A stretch of DNA of 59,882 nucleotides from Chiloscyllium plagiosum (taxonomy: Eukaryota): NCBI RefSeq assembly GCF_004010195.1, contig NC_057720.1:20885677-20945558 (forward strand), read 5' to 3'. A program made the translations under genes and the position numbers. The notes under the pieces were generated by a model that was not told the origin of the DNA, did not search any database, and saw nothing but the letters and a program-made list of their open reading frames with translations. Of the stretch, positions 47,180 through 59,882 are shown piece after piece. Positions within the stretch are counted from its first letter, which is position 1; each line of letters begins with the position of its first letter.

Positions 47180-49760
47180 CTGCCTTATCCACATAACCCT
47201 TGATTCCATTACTGATTAGAAATCTACCTCAGCCTTGAATGAAACTGAACAACCCTGCCCTGACAGTCCTCTGCAATTTCACAGGTTGACTACATTCTGA
47301 GAGAAAGAAATCCTCCTCATCTCTGTTTGAAGAGGGTAATGCCTTACTCTCAGATGTCCTCTGGTTCTAGAAATTCCCAAAGGGGAAACACCTTCTCACT
47401 ATCAACCCTGTCAAGCATCCTGAGAATCCAGAATACTTTTGATCAAGGAAGGAGAGTGGAATATCATTGTAAGCTGAAGGCAATGATGAAACTTGAGCAT
47501 TTTTAGGCCTGGATTTTAATGGTGGCAAAACTGCTAGCATTCGTTGTTGTTACTTAGAGTCATAGAAATGCATAGCACAGAAACAGATCCTTCAGTCCAA
47601 CTCGTCCATGCCAACCAGATATCCTAAATTAATCTAGTCTCATTTGCCAGCACTCAGCCCATATCCCTCGAAACCCTTCCAATTCTTATACCCATCCAGA
47701 TGCCTTTTAAATTTTGTAATTGTACTAGCCTCCACCACTTCCTCTGGCAGTTCATTCCATACATGCACCACCTTCTGCATGAAAATGTTGCCCCTTAGTT
47801 CCCTTTTATATCTTTCTCCTCTCACCCTAAACCTATGCCCTCTAGTTCTGGACTCCACCACCCCAGGGAAAAGATCTTGTCTACTTACCCTATCCATGCC
47901 ACTCATGATTTTATAAACCTTGATAAGGTCATCCCTCAGCCTCTGATGCTCCAGGGAAAATAGCCCCATTTTATTCAGCCTTTCCCTCTAGTTCAAATCC
48001 TCCAACCCTTCACTCAGGAGACCAAATGTACAGAATAATGAGGAAGTCAATGAATTTGGGTCAATGATTCTCCACTTTTTTCTAGCATATTGTGAATGTT
48101 CCCCTCCCTAACACAGATAACAATCAATAAGAAATCAATTGATTGTTGGGACAATCTGCTCTTAATGCTGTTAAACCTCCAGGGAAAATCCTTGAAACTT
48201 GTGTATCTGGCTTCCATTACGATATTCTAACTCCAGCTAATTCTTGTTTTGAGAAGACCAGAAAACATAGGAGCAGAAATTAGGCCATTCAGCACATCAA
48301 GTTTGCTCCGCCATTCAACCATGTCTGATAGGCTTTTCAACCCCATTTTCCCACTTTCTCCTTGTAACCTTTGATTCCTTTGACAATCAAGAACTTATCT
48401 ATCTCTGTTTTAAATATACTCAATGAACTGCCTCCATAGCCTTCTGCGGCAATGAATTCTATAGATTCACCACTCTCTGGCTAAAGAATTTTTTTCCTTA
48501 TCTCCATTCTAAAAGGTCTTCCCTTTGCTCTCAGGCTGTGCCCTTGGGTCCTAGTCTCTCCTACCAATGGAAACATCTTCCTAACTTCTGCTCTGTCCAG
48601 GCTGTTTAGTACTCCTTCTAAATATTGAGAATTGTCCTAGAGCCCTCAAACGTTCTTCATCTGTTAAGCTTTTCATTCCTGGGATCATTCTAGTGAACCT
48701 CCTCTGGACTCACTCAAGGGCCCAATACATCTTTTCTGAGTTTTGGGGCCCAAAATTCCTCACAATACTCTAAATGTCATCTGACCAGAACCTTATAAAG
48801 CCTCAGAAGTGCATCCCTGCTTTTATAATCTAGTCCTCTCGAGATGATTGACAGCATTATATTTGCTTTCCTAACTACGAACTCAACCTGCAAGTTTACC
48901 TTAAGAGAATCCTGGACTAGGACTCCCAAGTCCCTTTGCACTTCCGATTTTTGAATTTTTTCCCCATTTAGGAAATAGTCCATGCCTCTTTCTACCAAAG
49001 TGTGTGACCTCACACTTTCCCTTGCTGTATTTCATCTGCCACTCTTCTAATCTGTCTAAATCTTTCTGCAGCCTCCCTGTTTCCTCAATGCTACCTGCCC
49101 CTCTACCTATCTTTGTATCATCTGCAAACTTAGTAAGAATGCCCTCAGTTCCTTCATCCAGATCATTAATGTAAAAATTATTGCCCTTGAGTGGAACGTC
49201 AAATTTCTCCATTGTGATATAAAAAACCCACATTTTAAAAATAATTTGTTAACAATGTATTTTTTGCTCCCAACTTAATCAAAACATAATTAGTTTTATT
49301 TTTCTCACTGAATGTTTAAATTGAAAATGAAATCTTTTGTTTAACATTGCTGGTTTTCTATGTAAAAACTTGAGGAGGACTGGTTGTTTGACACCACAGC
49401 TACTAGATACTAAGAATCAAAGAATTTTACAATATAGAAGGGGGCTATTCAGCCCATCATGTCCATACAAGCTCCTGAAAGAACTTACCAACTAGCCCCA
49501 TTATTGAACCCTATGTCATAGCCCTCTAAATTCATCACTTTCAATCATATATCCAGTTCTTTTTTGAAACTTCATGTAGAATCCATCCCCACCTCTTCGC
49601 CACACAGAGTTTGAATAGAGAAGTTTCTTTTCATTTCACTTTTAGCTCTCTTGCTGACAATCTTCAAATTATACCCACTAGTTACTGACCAGTGGAAACA
49701 AGAGATTCTTCTTTACCCTGTCAAAATTAATCATAATTTTGAACACCTCAATAAGGTCAG
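47180..49760 (-). mobile_element. Cluster of CR1 fragments (47180-47430, 47557-48010, 48265-49175, 49415-49760)
   Basis: GLFSLEHQRLRDDLIKVYKIM; YINDLDEGTEGILTKFADDTKIG; CR1 3' UTRs. Confidence 0.85.
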
Positions 49761-49787
49761 TATGACAGCTCCTTGACTTGGTACCAG

Positions 49788-50097
49788 ATTTAGATTAGAA
49801 TTCCTACAGTGTGGAAACAGGCCCATTAGCCCAAAAAGTCCACATGGCTCTTCAAAGAAGAAACCCACTCAGACCCATTCCCCTACCCTATATTCACCCC
49901 TGACCTATGCACCTATCACTATAAGCAATTTAGCATAGCCATTTCATCTTACCTGCACATCTTTGGATTGTGGGAGGAAACCCACGCAAACACAGGGAAA
50001 ATGTGCAAACTCCACACAGTCACCCAAGGCAGGAATTGAACCTGGGTCCCTGGTGCTGTGAGGTGGCACTGCTAACCACTGAGCCAGCATGCCATCC
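49788..50097 (-). mobile_element. HE1-type V-SINE
   Basis: Reverse-complement full SINE. Confidence 0.88.
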
Positions 50098-50889
50098 CAT
50101 TATTTACAGTAAATAATGGTTGGTAGAAGGAAATATCATTCCACGATGAGCACTAGATTTGTGGACAGCTATTTTGAGGTCAGGCAATTGCTTCATCATT
50201 GACTGGAAAAGTCAGGCTTGCGTAACAACTGTTCAAATTGAACATGACTGAACATTTTGAGTAGGAATGCTGAATCATTTCCAGTTAGTTTTCCATCATC
50301 CCTCAGAGAGGAGGAGTCGCCTGTGTTTTTAAATGTACGAGAATTTAAGATTCAGTTTTGAGCACTTTAAAAATGATCTCATAAAGTGTTTTATACAACT
50401 CAAAACATCCATTAGTTTCAGGAAAGATAAAAGACAATTCCTGGACTTTCATCAGAATAATTCATTCTAACCCTCATCCTTTAAAAAAAAACTCACCAGG
50501 ATTCCCTACCCAATGCCTCCCTGTGCATCCAGACCATTGGGATTTTACCTCTTCTTTTCCTGTCCTAAGACAAGGGAAACTGTTGGCTTTTGGAAGCGCA
50601 GCGTGAACCACTCTGCCTGCAGATCTGAAAATAGTTTGTGCATTTGAAATCTCCACCCAGCCTCTGAATGCACCCTCCTCAATGAAACTGTGCTTGAGGG
50701 GGATGGGATGAAGGAGTGAAGTTGATTGGAGGAGGTTCGAAACAGTTTGTGTTTGGTCAGAGCAGAAGGAATTCGGTCGAAGTGACTTGTCGTTGAAGGA
50801 AAGGCAGGAATCCTGATACTGAAAGGAAGAGAAAAGCTGCCTTGAGGAGGAAGAGGAAGAAAACGAGAGAGCAGCTTGTTAGACACATG

Positions 50890-51345
50890 GTGAGAACTGA
50901 GGTTCTCGCGGGCTGGCGGGAGATGGAAAACCTTTCTTTTAAAACGAAAAGATACGATGTGTTTTTAAAATGGGTCAATGTGATGAAAAGCAGATTGCAG
51001 AGGTTTGGGTTGGAAGCTTTAAGAGCAGCTGGAAGACGGAGGGGGGATTATCGGAACCAGGTGAAGGAGATGGAGAAGGGCAGAGGGACCGCAATGATGT
51101 TGATTATAAGCGAGTCTGCTCTCCGGGCTCGGGCTGGGGAGGGGAGGGGAAGGGAGGTAAATGCGGGCCCGGCGAGGGCGGCCAGGCCTCGGACTGCGCT
51201 GGATGGATTTGCCCGTGGTCGGATCTGATGCCCCAAACTGGCGGCGCATCGTTCACTCAGTATTGCCCGGAATAGGACAGTGCAGGCGAGAGAGCGGCTT
51301 CTCCCTCCCCGGAGCCAAAGCATACACCGCAAAATCCCCCAGGTA
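50890..51345 (+). promoter_or_regulatory. CpG/GC-rich promoter-like segment and candidate non-coding first exon of a + strand gene
   Basis: Local CpG cluster, GGGGAGGGG boxes, ends in CAG|GTAAAG (GT at 51343). No recognisable protein. Gene identity is inferred only from synteny. Confidence 0.5.
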
Positions 51346-51670
51346 AAGTAACACCTTGGACCCCCCCCCCCCAAATCCCCCAGGTAAAGTAACACCTTGG
51401 ACCCCCTCCAATCCCCCCCCATATCCCCCAGGTAAAGAAACATCTTGGACACCCCTTCCCCCACCATTACACTCTTTCTCCACCCCTCACCCCATCATCT
51501 AAAGTGACACCTGGGATCCCTCTCTCACTACCACCCTCCACTCCCTCTCCCTGGTAAAGTGACACCTAGGAGCTCTCACCATCTCCCCCCAGGTAAGGTG
51601 ACATGTGGCATCAACCCCCCCTCCCCATAAAGTAACACTTGGGGAACCCCCTCACCTCCTGGGTAAAAAG
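51331..51670. repeat. Degenerate ~40-50 bp C-rich tandem repeat containing AGGTAAAG
   Basis: Units like ATCCCCCAGGTAAAGTAACACCTTGGACCCCC at ~51334, 51375, 51423, decaying through ~51490, 51545, 51581, 51621. Confidence 0.8.
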
Positions 51671-53679
51671 GGAATGTGATGTGACACAATCCCATCACAC
51701 CAGGAGCATGGGTAGGTGGTACATACTTGAAAAAGAGATTTTCAAATGGCTAAGAACAGGACTACAGTATATAGCCCTTTTCCTTGTCTTCCTGTGGTAG
51801 AACAAGTAAACCAGGAAGTCAGCACGAAGGAAAACCTAGATTGTAGATAAAAGATTGTACTGGGGATGGACACAGAGTACGGAGGAGCAGGGTTGTATTA
51901 ACTTTTCCAGTGCCCATATTGTAATGAGTTCACTTAAACACACCAAAAAGACATTTGCGTGTTATATATTGCATGTGAGGTTAGGGAAGGTAGTATACAG
52001 TATTTTTATTAAAGTTGAAGGTTTTAATTGTTTAATCTGCACTGGCTTGACTGACATTACTGTTTTGCTATAATTTGTAAACCAAAAAGGCATCAGCTGT
52101 TGCTGTTACACAATTTTATTGCTTTTGGAATGATTTTTATTAGGTAATGGGATATGAGAATTACTGATAAGGTCAGTATTTATTGCCCAATCTTATTCAT
52201 CCTTGGTAAGGTGATGGGTGAATTTCCTTCTTCAACTGTTGCAGTCCTTGTGGTGGTAGATTCACTATGCTGTTAAGAGTGGGAAAGTGAAGACCAGCTT
52301 GGATAAGAAGCCACTCAACTTGTTTGTGGTGAACCTGTTCACTGTGCAATGCACCAATCTATGGATGTGATTATTCATAATGAATCCCATCATCTGTTGT
52401 ATGTTTAAGTTCAGCTGCTACAGGTTAAGCATTGGTGGCATGGTGGACTGCAATATTGTGTACAACCTTGTGTCTGCAGTTCTTCGTGCCAAGTTTTCAT
52501 TTTCAGCAAGTTTGTTTGCCAGAGATAGGAAAAACAAGAAACTGGAACAAGCTGAAAGACATTGTGGCCTTGCATACATTTTTTGAGTTGGAAGCACATT
52601 TCCGATGTTTCCCTGAAAGGAAGGATCTGTTGCTAATATTGTTGGTTATTCTTATATGGTGCAATACATCATCACAACTGGTATAGAAATGATTCTCGAA
52701 TTGTTTGCCAGGCTCCTTGTGTTAACGTTGCAACATCAAATGGAAAAAGAATAAAAAGAAAATGACTTATAGGCGGGCTGATGAAAATTCACTTCTTAAT
52801 ATTTTTGGCATCACGTCCTTAATAGTTATAGAGATGTACGACAAAGAATTAGACACTTTGGTCCAACTTGTCCATGCTGACCAGATATCCAAAATTAATG
52901 TAGTCACATTTGCCAGCATTTGGTCCATATCCCTCTAAATCCTTCCAATTCATATACCCATCCATACCCTGTTATCATGCAATATTTCATCTGACTAATA
53001 GCCACAGGCTTTCTTCAAGATTTAGTCTGCAATTGAACGAGTCTGCAACTTGCTGTTTGTCTGTTCAGCAGGGATGCTGGTAGAGTTATTAGTGGGCTGT
53101 GTTGCTTGGTAGATTCTCAGTCTAAAAATGGGACAAGACTATTCTATTGGATCTCTGAAAGCAGGACTCTAATACAGCCTCGCCAGATAGATGGAGGATC
53201 TTCCGTGTTGTTCAGCTAAGTGGATAGAATTTAAGTACTTTACCCTAATTTGAAGTAAATTTGAGTTCAGTACACAGCGTTTTTTTCTTTGCAAGTAAAA
53301 GCCAAAGGGCTATGGAGCAGAAATTAGGCCATTCACCCCATCAAGTCTACTCTACCATTCAATATGGTGGATAAGTTTCTCAACCCTATTCTCCTGCTTT
53401 CTCCCTGTAACCCTTGATTCCCTTTACAATCAAGAACCTCTCTCACTCTGCCTTAAGTATGCCTTTTCTTGAGATTTGCTTAGAGCTGGGATGGAATGGT
53501 CAGATGCTTTGCTTTAATTTTACTTTAAGGATTTATATTGTCATACTAAACTATATATTTCAGATATACAATTCTGTATCAAAATTGGCTCAGAATTACT
53601 GTTGTGCTTTTTTAAAGAAGAGAGGTGCCTTTAGATGTTTGGAGCCTAAATGATGTGTAGCTGATGTGATTTAACTTTT

Positions 53680-56180
53680 TTTAAAATTCACTCATGGGAT
53701 GTGGATGTCTCTGATTACATTAGAGTGCTGCTGGAAAAGCACAGCAGGTCAGGCAGCATCCGAGAGCAGGAAAATCAACATTTCGGGCAAAAACCCTTCA
53801 TCATTTGTGATGAAGGGCTTTTGCCCGAAACCTTGATTTTCCTGCTCCTCGGATGCTGCCTGACCTGCTGTGCTTTTCCAGCACCTCTCTAATCTCAACT
53901 CTGATTTCCAGCATCTGCAGTCCTCACTTTCGCCTATGTCTCTGACTAGGCCAGCATTTATTATCCATCCCTAGGTTAACCACATTGCTGTGGGTCTGGA
54001 GCCACATGTAGGCCAGACCAGATAGGGATGGCAGTTTCCTTCCTTAAAGGACATTAGTGAACCAGATGGGTTTTTCTGATGATCAGCAATGGTTTCATGG
54101 TCATTGTTTGACTCTTAATTCCAGACCATAGAGTCATAGTCATAGAGATATACAGCATGGAAATTTTGGTCCAACCCATCCATGCCGACCAGATATCCCA
54201 ACCCAATCTAGTCCCACCTGCCAGCACCCGGCCCATATCCCTCCAAACCCTTCCTATTCATATTTCCATCCAAATGCCTCTTAAATGTTGCAATTGTATC
54301 AGCCTCCACCACTTCCTCTGGCAGCACATTCCATACACGTACCATCCTCTGCGTGAAAAAGTTACCCCGAGGTCTCTTTCCCTTCTCACCCTAAACCTAT
54401 GCCCTCTAGCTCTGGACTCCCCGACCCCAGAGAAAAGACTTTGTCTATTTATCCTATCCATGCCCCTTATAATTTTGTAAACCTCTATAAGGTCACCCCT
54501 CAGCCTCCGACGCTCCAGGGAAAATAGCCCCAGCCTGTTCAGCCTCTCCCTATAGCTCAAATCCTCCAATCCTGACAACATCTCTGTAAATCTTTTCTGA
54601 ACCCTTTCAAGTTTCACAATATCTTTCCAATAGGAAGGAGACCAGAATTGCACACAAGGTATTGGCTTTCCTAGAATATTGAGATTTTGAGACTGCCTGA
54701 ATCTAGCAGAGAATACAAAGAGGAGTTAAAAAGATTCTTGGCTTCACTGTATGGAAACACATGTGGAGGTTTGCACTCAGATTAAAAAGACCACACTCAT
54801 GTGGAGTTAAAACAACTGTTTTTTATTCACTCATGGGACATGGACATTGCTGGCTAGGCCAGCATTTATTGCCCTGGCAACACCCTTGTAAATCTTTTCT
54901 GAACCCTTTCAAGTTTCACAACATCTTTCCGATAGGAAGGAGACCAGAATTGCACACAATATTCCAACAGTGACCTAACCAATGTCTGGTACAGCCGCAA
55001 CATGACCTCTCAACTCCTGTACTCAATACTCTGACCAATAAAGGAAAGCATACCGAACACCTTCTTCACAATTCTATCTACCTGCGACTCCACTTTTAAG
55101 GAGTTGTGAACCTGCACTCCAAGGTCTCTTTGTTCAGCAACACTCCCAAGGACCTTACCATTAAGTGTATAAGTCCTGCTAAGATTTGCTTTCCCAAAAT
55201 GCAGCACTTTGCATTTACCTGAATTAAACTCCATCTGCCACTTCTCAGCCCATTGGCCCATCTGGTCAAGATCTTGTTGTAATCTGAGGTGACCCTCTTC
55301 GCTGTCCACTACGCCTCCAATTTTGGTGTCATCTGCAAACTTACTAACTGTACCTCTTATGCTCGCATCCAAATCATTTATGTAAATGACAAAACGTAGA
55401 GGACCTAGCGCCGATCCTTGTGGCACTCCACTGATCTCAGGCCTTCAATCTGGAAAACAACCCTCCACCACCACCCTCTGTCTTCTACCTTTGAGCCAGT
55501 TCTGTATCCAAATGGCTAGTTCTCCCTGTATTCCATGAGATCTAACCTTGCTAATCAGTCTCCCATGGGGAACCTTGTCGAACGCCTTACTAAAGTCCTT
55601 ATAAATCACACCTACTGATCTGCCTTCATCAATCTTCTTTGTTACTTCTTCAAAAAACTCGATCAAGTTTGTGCGACTTGATTTCCCACGCACAAAGCCA
55701 TGTTGACTATCCCTAATCAGTCCTTGCCTTTCCAAATACATATACATACTGTCCCTCAGGATTCCCTCCAACAACCTGCCCACCACCGAGGTCAGGCTCA
55801 CCAGTCTACAATTCCCTGGCTTGTCCTTACCGCCCTACTTAAACAGTGGCACCACGTTTGCCAACTTGCAGTCTTTCAGCACCTCACCTGTGACTATCGA
55901 TGATACAAATATCTCAGCAAGAGGCCCAGTAATCATAAACTTCCACCAATCACTTCTCTAGCTGCTCACAGAGTTCTCGGGTACACCCGATCAGATCCTG
56001 GGGATTTATCCACCTTTACCTATTTCAAAACATCCAGCACTTCCTCCTCTGTAATCTGGACATTTTGCAAGATTTCACCATCTATTTCCCTACAGTCTAT
56101 ATCTTCCATATCCTTTTACTGAATTTAAATTGCACCTTTTGTTGTGGCAGAATTTGAACCTGGGTCTGCAGAATATAACT
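53680..56180 (-). mobile_element. tRNA-SINE split by a Penelope hairpin (53715-53935) and a CR1 (54127-56117)
   Basis: SINE pieces at 53680-53714, 53936-54126 and 56118-56180; hairpin TSD ATGTCTCTGA at 53705-53714 and 53936-53945. Confidence 0.7.
54127..56117 (-). mobile_element. CR1/HER1 LINE, ~2 kb 5'-truncated, RT domain to 3' end
   Basis: SLTSVVGRLLEGIL..QHGFVRGKS..DFSKAFDKVPHGRL; PQGSALGP..YINDLD..FADDTKIGG. Confidence 0.93.
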
Positions 56181-57364
56181 AGAAAGATGTTGTGAGTAAC
56201 AAGAGTTTCACTTATATATTTCTTGAGCTACGTTTGAATTTTTTTAACTGAATCTGGAGAGATCTACAGAATTTACATCTTTCTATCTGTAAGCTTTTTC
56301 TGAATTTTATAAATTGGTGCACTTAATTTTAGTTTTAAACAACTTTGTCAGAAAGGATTGTGATGATTGTAACTTGCAGTTTAGTGACAATTTGCCTTTG
56401 TTAAATAGGTTTTCTTCTTCCGTTTCCTTATTTTTCTCATTTAGCCTAACTTGTGTACACGAAGCTGGTTACGTATACAGAAAACAGAACAGAGATACTG
56501 GCAACGTTCAAAGTCGCGATTATTTCATCTTACTCAATTCCCAGGATAACAGTATAATTGTTCAACTCCATACAACTCAGGTAACAAATTTACCATTGCA
56601 TAAAACTTTTATATTTTAGCGTTACAAGTCTGAGGCATAGATTCAAGATATTCTCTGATTTCTTAGCTTCACATAACCCCCAACTGATCCCACCCCTTTA
56701 GAAATCCTACCATTTGCACTCCTTGATTGGTAGTCCAGCTGACAATATAATTCACTTGTGCTTGGCCTTTCATGAGATTTGCTGTTGTGGCTTGGTTAAC
56801 CCATTGAAGTAGGGAGCTACTTCATTTCATCATTTACTTGTGGTAATTTTTATTTAACTTCTGTGACTTTTTTTTAAAGAAAGAGAAAACTGACAGATTA
56901 GTAAGTACATTTCACCTAATGTTGCACATAATCCAGTTTCAGACTTAACACAGAGTTTTATTTTTAACTTATTATTTTTGAAGTATAATTTAAATTTTGA
57001 ATGTAAGAAGTATGAGGTCCCAGATTTTAAGAAACAGATGCAGAAAGGTGTGTTGTGGGCTATGCTGAACCTCTTGGGTTTTTTAAAAAAAGATCTTTAC
57101 CCTGATCATTTTGCATTTTATTAAAGGGCTTGAAGTGCTGAGTTACAGTGGTTGTATGTCAGTTCCTGATTCTGAAGCAGTCTGATGTGCGTGTGTGCAT
57201 TAACATGTGTTGGTGAGCTCTGCCTGTGCACAGTGTGTGGTGTCCTACTTGCCAGTGTTCAATGACATGTTTAAAAGTAAAATTTCATGTTAGGTCAGAA
57301 CAGAAAGGACAGTAGGATTTTTGCTGATGCTAGACAACTTGTAAAATTCAAAGTCAGAGAAGAA

Positions 57365-57690
57365 GCAATGCTAATGTTTTAGACTTGAAATCTAGAACCC
57401 CAGGCTAATGTTTTGGGGATAGATGGCAGATGATGGATTTTGAATTCTTGAAACATCTGGAATAAAAGACAAGCGTAATCGTGACCACATAACCATTGTC
57501 ATTAAGCTCCATCTAGTTCACTGGTATATTGTGCAAATGAAATCTGTTGTCCTTACCTGGTCTGGCCTGCATGTGACTCCAGACCCACAGCAATATGGTT
57601 GACTCTTACCTGCCCTCTGAGCAATTAGGCATGGGCAGTGAATGCTGGTCTAGCCCGTGACTCTCCAACATTCCATGAATGAATAACGAA
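57365..57690 (+). mobile_element. tRNA-derived SINE with CR1-clade tail
   Basis: CCTTACCTGGTCTGGCCTGCATGTGACTCCAGACCCACAGCAATATGGTTGACTC..ATGCTGGTCTAGCC..GAATGAATAA. Confidence 0.7.
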
Positions 57691-59344
57691 AGATGTTTGA
57701 CTTCTAAAATCTGTTTGGCATCTGGGAAAGTTTTCCTTTACTCCTAAGGCAGTTACCCTGCAGTTTTTTGGAAAGGAAAATGGTTGAAAACAAAAACAGA
57801 AATTGCTGGAGAAACTCAGCAGGTTTGGCGATGTCTATGGAGAGAAAGCTGAGTTAACTTTTTGGATCCAGAAATTCTACTTCAGAACAATTGAAACAGT
57901 TGCAAACAATTCTGACTAGATGATTTTTCTATCGTCATGATGTAAAAATAAATTATATATGGTGCAAAGGGTGGTTTGAGTTTCAAAAGTGTTTTTATTT
58001 TCAGTCTTGATAGGATGCAAGCAAAATGATGTATAGTGGACAAGATTAACAGAAATGTTAATTTGATTGGTCATTTTGCCGTCAAGTTATCATGCGGTAA
58101 GTGTAAACCGTGGAGAAGAATCCAGATGGAAGTATTTGCTTGGTCAAAGTAAGGAGTGTATTGGTGTGATTTTTTACTGTTGGATAATGAGAAAATTTAA
58201 AAAAAAAATTTAAAAAATTATCAGTTTGTTTTCGAAATCAAACCTGGTACTCAATTGCTTCACGTAATGAAGAAGTATCTGGACACTTTGCAGGATGATT
58301 ATATTGCGATGTGGCTATCCTTTTGTATGATCATCTTTGTTAGAAACCTGTTCGTGACCAGCATTATGTTATAATTTGAATCTGAACTATTACTGCTAAT
58401 TGCCCCAAACTTAAACAAGTTAAATCAGTTACAGTTGGTGCTAAATCATTCCGTTCTCCACTCAGTTTTACATTAATACTTGCAGCTAACATTGCCCTAT
58501 CATTTTTGTTTTCTTTCAGTAAATCTTTGTCATTTTAGCTGGAATGACTTTATCTGACCGTGTGATGCTTTTTCTCATATGGAAGAAATCAAAAATGTAC
58601 AACAAACAGATCCTAACACTTCCAATCCATAAACTATGCACTGTAATACTAGGCTAATATGGAGGCATGTCAGTCTACTTTCTGAATGCTTTAACCTTAA
58701 CTGTGGTTTAAGGGAATTCAAATTTGCGAGTGCAGTTTGCGATAAGTGCAAGTTCTTGATTTGTACTCATATAGTGCTTGTCACAAACTCAGAATGTCCC
58801 AAATGCTGTGCAGTCAATAATATACTTTTGAAGTGTAGTCAATTCTAAAGCAGGTTGGGAGGAGGCTTTCAATTTTAACAATGCAAATGCAATTCAAAGA
58901 AAATGAGTGAGTTAATATTTCACTTGCTTTTGAATTTGGTTTTCAAATATGTTACTGTTTTTCTGCTGTGCACTGTGGCAGACATGTCTTTGGAAATACT
59001 GGCAGGACTGTCAAGCCTGACACTAGCTGCAAATTTCCTCTTGCACAATCGCCCTGCTGTCACATTAAGGATGGCAGAGTCTGGGATTGTTGACTCTGGA
59101 CTTTTGCAGGTTTGATCAGATGGCATTTGAACATTTTTTGGGGGGAATAGAACTACTGCAATTACCTTTGACTGTTTCAGTATAAGCAAGGGCAGAATGA
59201 AATAGTGTATTTGTATGTTTCTGTAGAATGCAACAACTACTAAGTTGATTTGGAACAATTTTATGACTCAAAGCAAGAAGACAAGTGTGTTGAAAGAAAT
59301 AAATGATACTTAAATTTTAAAAATATCCACACAACATCATGGAC

Positions 59345-59882
59345 CATAAGACATAGGAGCGGAAGTAAGGCCATTCGGCCCATCGAGTCCTCTCCGCCAT
59401 TCAATCATGACTAATGGGCATTTCAACTCCACTAACCACATTCTCCCCGTAGCCCTTAATTCCTTGTGACATCAAGAATTTATCAATTTCTCCCTTGAAG
59501 ACATTTAGCGTCCCGGCCTCCACTGCACACTGTGGCAATGAATTCCACATGCCCACCACTCTCTGGCTGAAAAAATGTCTCCGCATTTCTGTTCTGAATT
59601 TACCCCCTCTAATTCTAAGGCTGTGTCCACGGGTCCTAGTCTCCTCGTCTAACGGAAACAATTTCCTAGTGTCCACCCTCTCCAAGCCATGTATTATCTT
59701 GTAAGTTTCTATTAGATCTCCCCTTAATCTTCTAAACTCCAATGAATACAATCCCAGGATCCTCAGCCGTTCCTCATATGTTAGACCTACCATTCCAGGG
59801 ATCATCCGTGTGAATCTCCGCTGGACACGCTCCAGTGCCAGTATGTCCTTCCTGAGGCGTGGGGACCAAAACTGGACACAGT
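59345..59882 (-). mobile_element. CR1 LINE 3' end (runs off the window)
   Basis: YEERLRILGLYSLEFRRLRGDLIETYKI..TRTRGHSLRIRG. Confidence 0.93.

Noticed and set aside
50842..51228. 128-aa basic ORF in the CpG island
   Set aside because: Non-ATG start in the track, no recognisable family; long ORFs are expected in GC-rich DNA.
58903..59115. Hydrophobic 70-aa ORF as a possible TLCD4 exon
   Set aside because: No similarity to the TLCD4 N-terminus (..KIEWNSR) and no convincing splice boundaries.

Overview
Eukaryotic vertebrate DNA, almost certainly an elasmobranch (shark): HE1-type V-SINEs, HER1/CR1 LINEs and shark-type Penelope elements dominate, and there is one 879-N gap (215-1093). The only host protein-coding sequence I recognise is the 5' part of ALG14 on the minus strand: coding exon 1 at 25766-25910 and exon 2 at 19151-19302, with canonical GT/AG sites and matching phase. 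Later exons were not found. A CpG-rich 46-bp minisatellite sits directly upstream of the ALG14 ATG, and a second CpG-rich promoter-like segment lies at about 50.9-51.35 kb. It may belong to the divergent neighbour gene (TLCD4/TMEM56 in human synteny; inference only). The rest is a nested fossil record of mobile DNA: CR1, L1, Tx1-like, Penelope, a Gypsy integrase remnant, a solo LTR, a POGK/Passer-type pogo transposon, a MITE and several SINE families. The most interesting signals are: (i) minimal hammerhead-ribozyme motifs with compensatory base changes in Penelope-derived hairpin mini-elements flanked by 10-15 bp TSDs; (ii) a VNTR-containing non-autonomous retroposon with an SVA-like layout; (iii) a TGATTGACAG-array minisatellite at the ALG14 promoter; (iv) a sense-oriented solo LTR in ALG14 intron 1; (v) an inverted templated duplication. 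Repeat boundaries are read by eye and are approximate unless TSDs are quoted.
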